DNA of 64,000 nucleotides, from assembly GCA_046758385.1 (NCBI GenBank), contig JBHIAB010000001.1, positions 2,608 through 66,607 on the forward strand, read 5' to 3'. The notes beneath the pieces were generated by a model that saw nothing but the letters and a program-made list of their open reading frames with translations, was not told where the DNA came from and ran no database searches. A program made the translations under genes and the position numbers. Positions 56,072 through 64,000 of this stretch are shown here, piece by piece; the stretch's first letter is position 1; every line of letters starts with the position of its first letter. The DNA is from Candidatus Methylomirabilia bacterium. Lineage in GTDB: Bacteria > Methylomirabilota > Methylomirabilia > Rokubacteriales > CSP1-6.

Positions 56072-56638
56072 TCAACGCTCGGCCTCGAAGATGGGAATGG
56101 CCTCTCCCTCGAGCTCGATTCGACGGCGCCGGCCAGCCCGTTCCAGCACCACCCCGTCGGGACGGATCTCCACGACCCGCTCCTCCCCGAGCCGCTCTCC
56201 CTCGCTCAAGAGACGGCCATCGATGGAGGCCACTTTCTCTGAGCCCGAGATGATGACAGCCTTCACGGTGTAGGAAGGAAGCGGGGCGGGCGGAGGCGGG
56301 GGAGGCAACGGCTTGGCGACGGGACTCTTGGCACTCTTGGGGGCACGGAGGGCCCGCTCCTCCTCAGCCGTCAGGAACGGATCTCGTCCCCAAGTCCCCT
56401 CGAACCGCTTGAGCCACAATGCGTAGTCATCCCTGGCAAGGATGGCGACCGCAGTGCGAGAGGGAGTGGAGCTAGGTCCGGGCTCGTCAAGCCTTGCCGG
56501 TGCTTGAGCAACTGGCCGCCGGGCCGGAGACCGCCCCCTGAACCTTTTTGTGAGGGGCGAGGTGAAGAAGGCCCACACCATCGTTGCCAGCAGCAGGACC
56601 GTAATGACGATGCGCCGGATCTCCACTACTTCCCCCAC
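56072..56638 (-). CDS. PilP/GspC-like secretin-interacting protein
   Basis: 188 aa. N-terminal TM, Pro-rich linker (PPPPPPAP). C-terminal beta-domain YTVKAVIISGSEKVASIDGRLLSEGERLGEERVVEIRPDGVVL. Confidence 0.45.
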   Translation of the reverse strand: MGEVVEIRRIVITVLLLATMVWAFFTSPLTKRFRGRSPARRPVAQAPARLDEPGPSSTPSRTAVAILARDDYALWLKRFEGTWGRDPFLTAEEERALRAPKSAKSPVAKPLPPPPPPAPLPSYTVKAVIISGSEKVASIDGRLLSEGERLGEERVVEIRPDGVVLERAGRRRRIELEGEAIPIFEAER

Positions 56639-57270
56639 CGGAAGGTCCTGAGTTGCATCTCCGTACCGAGCTGGCCGTCTTCGTGCTGCACCTGCACGGA
56701 TTCCACTGCCACATACATGGAAAGGCTGCGGAGGCCTTCGAGAAACCGTACGAGATGGCGATAGCGATGAACCGCCCTCAGCCGGATGATCAAGGGGCTG
56801 GCCGTGAGTCCACGGGGCACTCTGAAGGATGAAGATCGTGGACGTTCAGAGCGTGAGGGACCCCGGGACCGACGCCCGCGAGATGCTTCCCCATCGCTTG
56901 GGGGGCTTTGAAGGTTGAGGCTGACGAGTTGCATGCCGGCCGAGCGAGCCAGATCTGCCACGGCCTCCAGAGCGCTGGGGAGAGCCTGCTCGGGAGGGAA
57001 GCGATCTCGCAGGCGGGCCTCCAACTGCTTCCAGAGCTTCCGCTCCTCCTCACCGACGGGTGGCACCGAACGTTGCTGCTCACGCACCACTCGGCGCTCT
57101 GTCTCCCCACGGGCTAATTGGGCCTTGAGCATCCTGATCTCTCGATACTTTGGGGCCACGAGTCCCAGGTATCCCCCGACCGCAAGGAGGCCGAGAAGCC
57201 CCATCACCATCGCGGCCTGTGCCTTGAAGGGCAAGCGCTGGAAATTGGGAAGCTGGGGTAGCTGAGGCAC
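56626..57270 (-). CDS. PilO/GspM-like inner-membrane assembly protein
   Basis: 214 aa. Single N-terminal TM, coiled coil, periplasmic domain. Position between PilMN-like and PilP-like genes. Confidence 0.45.
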   Translation of the reverse strand: MPQLPQLPNFQRLPFKAQAAMVMGLLGLLAVGGYLGLVAPKYREIRMLKAQLARGETERRVVREQQRSVPPVGEEERKLWKQLEARLRDRFPPEQALPSALEAVADLARSAGMQLVSLNLQSPPSDGEASRGRRSRGPSRSERPRSSSFRVPRGLTASPLIIRLRAVHRYRHLVRFLEGLRSLSMYVAVESVQVQHEDGQLGTEMQLRTFRWGK

Positions 57271-58830
57271 TTACCGCAGCTCTTTCAAGTGAAGTGTCAG
57301 TTCGAAGGCGAGGCGGTCCTCCTCGGCCGTGACCATCTCTTGGGTCGATTGGGGTGGCTGGGCCTTGCGCCGGAGGTCTCTCGCCCGCCTCCCCTCTTTG
57401 CTCCGGCGCTGGCTCGTCTGGACCTCGGGCCTCAGTGCCCCGTACCTCACCTCGAAAAAGAACGGCGAATCCCCGAGGCCGAAGTAGAAGCGGTTGAACT
57501 CTGATTGAGCCCTGGCGATATCGGCGAACTCCACGGCCCCTGTGAGCCTCATACGAGTGCCAGCTTTATCCCTGGACAGGGCCAGCTCTTCCAGGCGCAG
57601 ATGATCCGGGGCCAGGCGGCTTATCTCCTTCAGGACATCGGCCAGCGGCGGCCCCCCCAAGGGGTCTTGGGTGAGCAGGTGGATTCGCTGGCGCTGGATC
57701 TCCCGCTCCCGCAGGATCCGTTCAACCCCCCTGACCCTGGCCAGATGTGTCTGTTTCGCCGCGGTCCTGACTGCCAGGGCCCGGCGATAACTCGCCACCT
57801 CCCAAGCAGCACCCCAGAAGGAATAGCCCAAAGAAAGGACAAGCAGCGCCGCAACGACCCCGCCTACCGTCTTCAACAGCCGTGACTGCCGCGCTTCGAC
57901 AATGGATCGAGGCAGGAGGTTAGCGGTCTCGCGAGAGGACAGCATCGCCACCCCCAGAGGGAGGAGAAAGGCCCCTGCGGGAACACCCGCCAGCTCCTCG
58001 GTCTCCGGCGGAAGGACTCCCCGAATCGCCTCGTTGAGGTTGAACACCGACACTCCGGGGAGACGGGCTTCGACCTCGGGAAGGACCCGCTCGAAATTGG
58101 CGTCTACGCTCCCCACCACCACGGCGCCGACGGGCTCTCCCTTCGAGGCGACCGTGTATTGGCGGACTGTTCGCTGAAATTCGGTCACGAACCACTCGCT
58201 GAGCTGGAGACCGGGAACCGCGAGCTGAGGGATCTCTCGCGTCAGCCGGATCGTCCCCCTTTCGACCACGGTGACGGTAAGCGCGCGGAACCCCCAGTGA
58301 ACGACCGCCGTGGGGCGGTCCAACGAGAATGGCGAGAGAGAGCGCGCCACCTCCAGTGAAGCCAACGGTGCCGTGGTCACCAAGTGAGGGATGAGACGGG
58401 CGTCCAGCAGGGCGGACAGGGGTTGGTCCACCTCCTTCCGCGGGACCGCAACCACCAGCACCTCATCCTTCCGGACCGCGTCCTCGGTCTGCCCGAGTGT
58501 CTGGTGCCCCACGAGCAGATTCCCCCCGAGCTCCCGAGCCAGCCCTCGTTCCAGGTAGAGCTGTCGCTCCCTCCCGGTCATGGAGGGAAGGACCTCGATG
58601 CGGTGGGTCGAGTCAGGAGGAGACAAAACCAGATGGGCCTGCCGCCCCGTGATCCCTCCCTCGACCATCAGGGACTTGAGGAGGGCTCCGTCCAAGGTCC
58701 CCGCGGGGACCGCTCTGGCCGTGGCCTTGAGGATGGTGGGTGGATCAGTGCTGCGATCCACCTCCACGGCGATCAACCGCGTGGCGGCGATCTCCAGCCC
58801 GATGGTTCGGTGTGAGGTCAGCACCGCCAT
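57271..58830 (-). CDS. PilM-PilN-like fusion (GspL-like) assembly protein
   Basis: 519 aa. N-terminal actin-like PilM segment (IGLEIAATRLIAVEV). Internal TM (VGGVVAALLVLSLGYSFWGAAW). PilN-like C-terminus. Confidence 0.55.
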   Translation of the reverse strand: MAVLTSHRTIGLEIAATRLIAVEVDRSTDPPTILKATARAVPAGTLDGALLKSLMVEGGITGRQAHLVLSPPDSTHRIEVLPSMTGRERQLYLERGLARELGGNLLVGHQTLGQTEDAVRKDEVLVVAVPRKEVDQPLSALLDARLIPHLVTTAPLASLEVARSLSPFSLDRPTAVVHWGFRALTVTVVERGTIRLTREIPQLAVPGLQLSEWFVTEFQRTVRQYTVASKGEPVGAVVVGSVDANFERVLPEVEARLPGVSVFNLNEAIRGVLPPETEELAGVPAGAFLLPLGVAMLSSRETANLLPRSIVEARQSRLLKTVGGVVAALLVLSLGYSFWGAAWEVASYRRALAVRTAAKQTHLARVRGVERILREREIQRQRIHLLTQDPLGGPPLADVLKEISRLAPDHLRLEELALSRDKAGTRMRLTGAVEFADIARAQSEFNRFYFGLGDSPFFFEVRYGALRPEVQTSQRRSKEGRRARDLRRKAQPPQSTQEMVTAEEDRLAFELTLHLKELR

Positions 58831-58840
58831 TACCTCAGTC

Positions 58841-60058
58841 TCATCGGCCCGTGTATCTCATTTTCCCCAGGATTGAATAGATGGGGAGGTAGACGGACAG
58901 GATGGAGCCCAAGACGACGACGGCCATGACGGCAATGACGGCGGGCTCGATGAGGGCAAAGAGCCGTCGAACGGTGTCGGGTACTTCACGGTCGTAGTAC
59001 TGAGAGATCTTGGCCAGACTGTCGCCCAGGTTGCCGGACATCTCCCCGGTGGAGACCATTCTGACCACGAGGGGCGGAAACTCTCCGGAGAGCCGGAGGG
59101 CGTCGGTAAAGGACATCCCTGCCACCACTCGCTCACGTACCCGGGCCACCCCTCGGGCGATCACTGCGTTCCCCACGACCCGCTCCAGGACCATCAGGGT
59201 TAGCGCGAACTCCACTCCCGCTCGGTGAAGGGTTTCCAGGAAGTGCGCAAAGCGGCTCATGGCAATCTTCTGAAGGAGACCCCCGACGACTGGCACCTGC
59301 AGTTTGACGCGATCGACGAGAAGCCGGCCAGCCGGCACCCTCACCGCCAGTCGGACGGCCACGACAAGTCCGAAGATCCCGAGGAAGACAAGCATCCAGT
59401 TGGCTGCCATGAAATCGCCAATCGCCAGGACGATCTTGGTGGGAAGAGGCATGGGGGCCCCGGTCTTGGCGAGGAGCCCCTTGAATTTTGGCAGGACGAA
59501 CGTAAAGAGGACCGTCGCCAGGATCCCCAGGGCCGTCATGAGAAGGGCGGGGTAGATGCTGGCCTGGCGGAGCTGGCTCGCCAACCCCTCCTGCCACTCC
59601 AGGGAGGCCACCAGCTCCATGAGCACCGCGTCGAGCTTTCCAGAGGCCTCGCCAGCACGGACGGTGGCCACATAGACCTCTGAGAATACCTTGGGCAGGC
59701 TCGCCATGGCCTCCGAGAGCATGACCCCTCTCTCCAGCTTCTGAACGAGGATCTCCGTGACGGTCCTGACGCGCGGGCTAGCCTCTCTGGCGTACTCCTT
59801 GAGAGCAGGGAGCAGCGGGACCCCGGCGGACAAGATGGTGCCCAGATGTACGGTGAAGAGAATGAGCTCCCTGCGGGAGATTCGACCCACGGACTCTCGA
59901 GGCTGCCGCGTCGCTCTCGGGGCCCGCTCCTGGACGGAGATGACGTAGAGCCCCCTGTCCGAAAGCATGGAATCCACCTGATCTTCGGTGGGGGCGTCCA
60001 TCACCCCGGTCACGGTCTTCCCCATCTCATCCTTGGCTCTGTAAGCAAACTGCGGCAT
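58841..60058 (-). CDS. gspF: type II secretion/type IV pilus platform protein GspF/PilC
   Basis: Start at MPQFAYRAKDEMGK (60058). Duplicated T2SSF domains, three TM segments. Confidence 0.85.
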   Translation of the reverse strand: MPQFAYRAKDEMGKTVTGVMDAPTEDQVDSMLSDRGLYVISVQERAPRATRQPRESVGRISRRELILFTVHLGTILSAGVPLLPALKEYAREASPRVRTVTEILVQKLERGVMLSEAMASLPKVFSEVYVATVRAGEASGKLDAVLMELVASLEWQEGLASQLRQASIYPALLMTALGILATVLFTFVLPKFKGLLAKTGAPMPLPTKIVLAIGDFMAANWMLVFLGIFGLVVAVRLAVRVPAGRLLVDRVKLQVPVVGGLLQKIAMSRFAHFLETLHRAGVEFALTLMVLERVVGNAVIARGVARVRERVVAGMSFTDALRLSGEFPPLVVRMVSTGEMSGNLGDSLAKISQYYDREVPDTVRRLFALIEPAVIAVMAVVVLGSILSVYLPIYSILGKMRYTGR

Positions 60059-60069
60059 CTTCCGGATTC

Positions 60070-61737
60070 CTACTCGATGGAATGCGTGACCCGGATGATC
60101 TCGTCCAGGGTCGTGATCCCGGCCGCCACCTTTTTCATGCCGTCCTCGAGCATGGTCTCCATCCCTTGCTCCCGGGCGACTTTCAGGAGAAGTCCCGGCT
60201 CGGCTTTTTGGGTAATGAGCTGACCGACCTGCGGGCTCGCCAGGAGAATCTCGAAGATCGCAATCCGGCCCCGGTATCCGGTGAAGTTGCATGCCCCACA
60301 CCCCTTGCCCTCGTAGAAGGTCGCAATCGCCTGGGCCGTCGGTCCCGCTCGGGCCAACAGCTCATCGTCGGGAGTGACCTCGGCCTTGCAGTTCCGGCAG
60401 ATGACCCGGACTAGACGCTGGGCAAGAACGGCGAGGAGGGAGGATGCCACGAGGAAGGGCTCGACTCCCATCTCCAGCATGCGGGGAATCGTTCCGACGG
60501 CATCGTTGGTGTGAAACGTGCTGAAGACGAGGTGTCCGGTCAGGGCAGCCCGCACCGTGGTCTCGACCGTTTCCAGATCTCGCATCTCCCCCACGAGGAT
60601 GATGTCCGGGTCGTGGCGAAGAACCGAGCGAAGTCCCGACGCGAAGGTCAGCCCCGCCCGCGGGTTGATCTGAGATTGCCGGATCAGCGGGATCTCGTAC
60701 TCCACTGGATCCTCGAGGGTGATGATGTTGACCTCCAGCGAGTTGATGTGCGAGAGGGCCGAGTAGAGGGTGGTGGTTTTCCCCGAGCCGGTCGGCCCAG
60801 TCACAAGGATCAAGCCATAGGGCTTTTGAATAAGCCGCTTGAAGATGGCCAGGTGCTCCTGTGAAAACCCGAGCTGCTCGAGGCCAAAGCTTCGGCTCTT
60901 ATCGAGGACACGGATGACCAGGTTTTCCCCGTGGATGGTGGGAAACGTCGAGACTCTCAGGTCCAACCGATGGGGACCCTCGTAGTACTGAATGCGGCCA
61001 TCCTGAGGGACGCGGCTCTCGGAGATGTTCAGATTGGCAAGGATTTTCACGCGGGTGACGATCCCCGAGTGAAGAGAGCTGGGAATGGTCGGACCCGAAT
61101 AGAGGATCCCGTCGAGTCGGAATCGCGTGCGAACCGTCCTCTCGTCGGGTTCGATATGGATATCGGTGGCACCGTCCTGGGCGGCCTTCCTGAATAGGTC
61201 GTCAACGACTTGAACAATGGGAGTCTCGACGCTCACGCTGCCCGCTGCTCCCGCCGCGCGACCCTCCGCCTGCTGGATTTCCTCTTCCGTGGCCCCCTTG
61301 CGTCCCGCCTGCCCGGAATAGAATTTGTTGATCACCTGACGAATCTGGCTTTCCTTGGCAGACACCACCTTGATGAAGCGCTGGGTAGTCCGCTGAAGCT
61401 CGTCGATCGCGGCCACATCAAAAATATTGGCCATGGCCACCGTCAGGGAGAACTCCTCCTGGGAGATCGGGACCAACGTGTGTTTCTTTGCGAAGGTGTC
61501 TGGGACGAGCGCAAACAGGTCGGGGTCAAAGTCATGTTTGTCGAGGTCGATATGGGGAATGCCGGCCTGCTCGGCCAGGGCCTGGGAGAGGTCGTCGGCC
61601 GTGGCAAAGCCCATGCGGATCAGCACCTCTCCGAACAGCTCACCCGAGGTCCGCGCCTCACGCAGGGTCGCGTCACGCTGCTCTTTCGTTATCACCCCGG
61701 TCTCGACCAGGTACTCCCCAAGCGGCTTCCGAGCCAT
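60070..61737 (-). CDS. gspE: type II secretion/MSHA-type assembly ATPase GspE/MshE with N-terminal MshEN (c-di-GMP-binding) domain
   Basis: 555 aa. Walker A GPTGSGKTTTLY, Asp box, Walker B, tetracysteine CRNCKAEV...GKGCGAC. N-term has two MshEN-type motifs (PLGEYLVETGVITKEQRDATLREA and LFGEVLIRMGFATADDLSQALAEQ). Confidence 0.9.
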   Translation of the reverse strand: MARKPLGEYLVETGVITKEQRDATLREARTSGELFGEVLIRMGFATADDLSQALAEQAGIPHIDLDKHDFDPDLFALVPDTFAKKHTLVPISQEEFSLTVAMANIFDVAAIDELQRTTQRFIKVVSAKESQIRQVINKFYSGQAGRKGATEEEIQQAEGRAAGAAGSVSVETPIVQVVDDLFRKAAQDGATDIHIEPDERTVRTRFRLDGILYSGPTIPSSLHSGIVTRVKILANLNISESRVPQDGRIQYYEGPHRLDLRVSTFPTIHGENLVIRVLDKSRSFGLEQLGFSQEHLAIFKRLIQKPYGLILVTGPTGSGKTTTLYSALSHINSLEVNIITLEDPVEYEIPLIRQSQINPRAGLTFASGLRSVLRHDPDIILVGEMRDLETVETTVRAALTGHLVFSTFHTNDAVGTIPRMLEMGVEPFLVASSLLAVLAQRLVRVICRNCKAEVTPDDELLARAGPTAQAIATFYEGKGCGACNFTGYRGRIAIFEILLASPQVGQLITQKAEPGLLLKVAREQGMETMLEDGMKKVAAGITTLDEIIRVTHSIE

Positions 61738-61840
61738 CTGGACCGTTCCTCTCTGTCACGTCGGTTAGGAGGGGTTCTGCGTTCAAACACACCATTATAC
61801 CAGGAATTTTAGCAACTTGAGCGATCCAGAACCCGGCGCC

Positions 61841-63007
61841 TCAGCGGCCGCGGGCGAGAAACCGAAGGCGCTCTCTCACTTTCGCGACCAGGGGGGCATG
61901 GCGCTCAGAGGCCAACTCGACGAACTTCTGGTAGTGCCGCTCTGCTTTCTCCCTGTGCCCGCGACGTTCCCAGAGGAGCGCGACGTTGTAATGGGCCTCG
62001 GCCAGCGTGGGATCGTACCGGAGCGCCTCCCCGAACGCCTCCAGCGCATCGTTGTGGCGTTCGGCCAGCAAGAAGATGATCCCGAGGTTGGTGTGGCTCT
62101 CCACGTTGGCGGGGTTGATCCGAAGGGCCTGCTTGAAGAGGTCGATGGCCTCCCGATACTGTCCCTTGCGGTAACGAATCACGCCCAGGTTGTTCAGGGC
62201 CTTCTCGTACTTCGGGTCCAGGGCGAGAGCTTGCTCAAAGGCCTCGATGGCCTGATCCAGCCGCCCGCTCTCTTTCAACGCCACCCCCAGGTTATTGAAT
62301 GCCGCAGGGTTGCGAGGATCCGCCGCAATCGACTTCTGGTACTCCTCGACCGCCCGGTCGAGCTGGCCCGTCCGCTGAGAGCGGAGTGCGGCCGCAAAGA
62401 ACTTGGTAGCCCCCTTCTCCTCATCGGGTCGAATCTCCACGATGGTCGGCGAGGACGGCTTCCTGGCCGGGCGCGGACGAGCCATGGGAGGAGGCGGCGG
62501 AGGTGCCTCGACTTTCGCCGGGCTGGGAGCGGGAGGCGGGGCCTTCTCGGCCTCCTTGGCCTCCGGGAGCGCCGCCTTCACTCGGCTAAGGGCGACCTCC
62601 CGGCGAGGGTCGGTGCGGGGGGTCGACCTGGCAGGTGGTTGCTTGACCGGGGGCCGTGGTTTCTCCGCCAGTGCGGCCTCGAGAGCCGCCCGAACCTCGG
62701 GGATCGTGGTGCCCTCCTCCGACTTCGGGGCCGGGGCAGGGGCCTGTGCCAGCGGTGTCTTTGATTCGACGATCAGGAAAGGCTGCGCGGGAGCCCTCAC
62801 GCGCGCGGGCTTCGGTCGAATCAGATAAAGCCCGCCGATCAGGAGCAGGCCGACCAGACCCATGCTGCCTACCAGGAGGACGAGCCTCCGCGCGGATGCT
62901 CCGCCCCAGCCCGGGAGCGCCGACAATGGCCGCTTGACAGAGAATGGAGGCAGTCTCCGAACGGCTCCCTGCTGCGCCCTCTTCAGCGCCTCGGTGATCA
63001 GGCTCAC
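61841..63007 (-). CDS. TPR-repeat membrane protein (MshN/PilF-like)
   Basis: 388 aa. N-terminal TM, Pro/Ala-rich linker. At least 5 TPR units (AAFNNLGVALKESGRLDQAIEAFEQALALDP...). Confidence 0.65.
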   Translation of the reverse strand: MSLITEALKRAQQGAVRRLPPFSVKRPLSALPGWGGASARRLVLLVGSMGLVGLLLIGGLYLIRPKPARVRAPAQPFLIVESKTPLAQAPAPAPKSEEGTTIPEVRAALEAALAEKPRPPVKQPPARSTPRTDPRREVALSRVKAALPEAKEAEKAPPPAPSPAKVEAPPPPPPMARPRPARKPSSPTIVEIRPDEEKGATKFFAAALRSQRTGQLDRAVEEYQKSIAADPRNPAAFNNLGVALKESGRLDQAIEAFEQALALDPKYEKALNNLGVIRYRKGQYREAIDLFKQALRINPANVESHTNLGIIFLLAERHNDALEAFGEALRYDPTLAEAHYNVALLWERRGHREKAERHYQKFVELASERHAPLVAKVRERLRFLARGR

Positions 63008-64000
63008 GGCCGGTGGGCGTTTCCGGGGCTGTCGACGACCCGTACGACCCTGACCGCTTCAAACCCCATCTCTGCCGTGAGCCGATCCCGGGTCTCGTTG
63101 GCCTCAGCCAGCTCCAGGAAGCGCCCCACGAGAACCCCGTAGTTCGGCTCGCCACGCTCACCAGCCCTGACGGCGACGAACGGACGATAGCCACGCACGG
63201 AGAGCCGCTGCTCCACCTCCCGTGCCTGGTCCTCGGTGGGATATGCCCCGACCAGGAGCGTAAACGGTTGGTCACCCTTGCCCCGCTCTGCATCGGACGA
63301 GGGCTCGACGCCCGGCGAAGACGTGGAGGAGGCAGGGCCCCAATCCCACCCCTTGGATGCCAGCCACCCGGCCGCGAACGCAAGGACGACCATGCCCGCG
63401 ATCCAAAGGGGGAGGGCCCGCCGCGGCACCGGGCCGGCCGGCCCCACACTGACCTCGTGGCTCAGGCTCTTGATGGCCTTGTGCGCCCGTCCCCGGGTGA
63501 TGTGGGTGGAGTGGTCCACGAACCCTTGAAGGAGGGCCCGATCGCAGGCCAGGTTGATCAGGCGAGGGACGCCACGCGAGAAGCGGTAGATAGCCTCAAG
63601 GGCTCCCGACGAGAGCGTCACCTCCCCGCTCCCGCCGGCCACCATTAGCCGATGATAGATGTACTGGCAGGTCTCCTGGAATGGGAGCGGCCGAAGCTGG
63701 CAGCGGACGGACACCCGCTGGTTGAGCTGCTTGAGCTCGGGCGTGGCCAAGAGATCCAGGAGGCCCAGCTGGCCCACCAGGATGATCTGGATGAGCTTCT
63801 CCCGCTCGGTCTCCAGGTTGGAGAGGAGCCGGATCTGTTCCAGGAGCGTCGGCGAGAGGTCCTGGGATTCGTCGATGATGAGGACCGCGTTCTGGCCTTC
63901 CGTGAGTGACCGAATGAGGAAATCATTGAGCTCGTCGATCAGCTCCTTCTTCGTGCTGCCGCTGCCAGTGAGGCCGAAGTCATGAAGCACGGCGCGAAGC
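63004..64000 (-). CDS. ExeA/GspA/MshM-like AAA ATPase with C-terminal SPOR domain; 5' (N-terminal) part beyond window end
   Basis: LIIDESQDLSPTLLEQIRLLSNLETEREKLIQIILVGQLGL...RGVPRLINLACDRALL ExeA blocks (Walker B onward). Walker A not in window. TM, then SPOR-like LLVGAYPTEDQAREVEQRLSVRGYRPFVAV. Confidence 0.7.
   Translation of the reverse strand, partial: LRAVLHDFGLTGSGSTKKELIDELNDFLIRSLTEGQNAVLIIDESQDLSPTLLEQIRLLSNLETEREKLIQIILVGQLGLLDLLATPELKQLNQRVSVRCQLRPLPFQETCQYIYHRLMVAGGSGEVTLSSGALEAIYRFSRGVPRLINLACDRALLQGFVDHSTHITRGRAHKAIKSLSHEVSVGPAGPVPRRALPLWIAGMVVLAFAAGWLASKGWDWGPASSTSSPGVEPSSDAERGKGDQPFTLLVGAYPTEDQAREVEQRLSVRGYRPFVAVRAGERGEPNYGVLVGRFLELAEANETRDRLTAEMGFEAVRVVRVVDSPGNAHRP

Overview
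High-GC (~65-68%) chromosomal segment from a Gram-negative-type bacterium, indicated by LptD, LolA, sigma-54-dependent regulators and a PilM/N/O/P-like assembly machinery. Almost all genes are on the minus strand. Calls rest on manual motif recognition from the supplied ORF track, not database searches. Many long ORFs antisense to real genes are GC artefacts, and the ORF track evidently counts GTG/TTG starts as M. Contents in order: (1) housekeeping: cinA-like, pgpA, rimO, SDR, a glutamine-synthetase N-domain remnant, and yajQ. (2) A ~4.5 kb lower-GC island at ~4760-9300. It carries a sigma-70 promoter with paired palindromes, small hypotheticals, an aberrant tRNA-like element, a fused single-ORF IS1-family transposase translationally coupled to a beta-class DNA methyltransferase, and a PD-(D/E)xK restriction-endonuclease-like gene split by an in-frame TAG. 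(3) Housekeeping: lolA, ftsK, RNase J, M23 peptidase, rsmA, coaE; then a HEPN/MNT pair plus a low-GC DUF3800-like gene; then polA, glnE, glnB, glgA, a Na/Pi cotransporter, a phosphatase, gltX, a DegT aminotransferase, lptD, folC, accD, trpA-B-F-C, a NAPRTase-like gene, galU, a SPOR-like protein and a receiver protein. (4) The most unusual region, ~42.5-64 kb: seven tandem GspG-like pseudopilin paralogs, including one 581-aa giant with beta-helix-like repeats and a poly-Asp/Lys tail. A sigma-54 -24/-12 promoter and a PilS/PilR-like two-component pair sit just upstream. Paralogous HEPN-MNT modules bracket the array on both sides, with an MNT fragment, a solo MNT and a membrane coiled-coil protein containing a 120-bp tandem repeat. 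Next to it is a T2SS/MSHA-like assembly block: PilP/PilO/PilMN-like, GspF, a GspE with tandem MshEN c-di-GMP-binding motifs, a TPR protein and an ExeA/MshM-like ATPase with a SPOR domain. No secretin or prepilin peptidase lies inside the window. A GC-rich palindromic repeat family (3 copies) punctuates the regulator genes.
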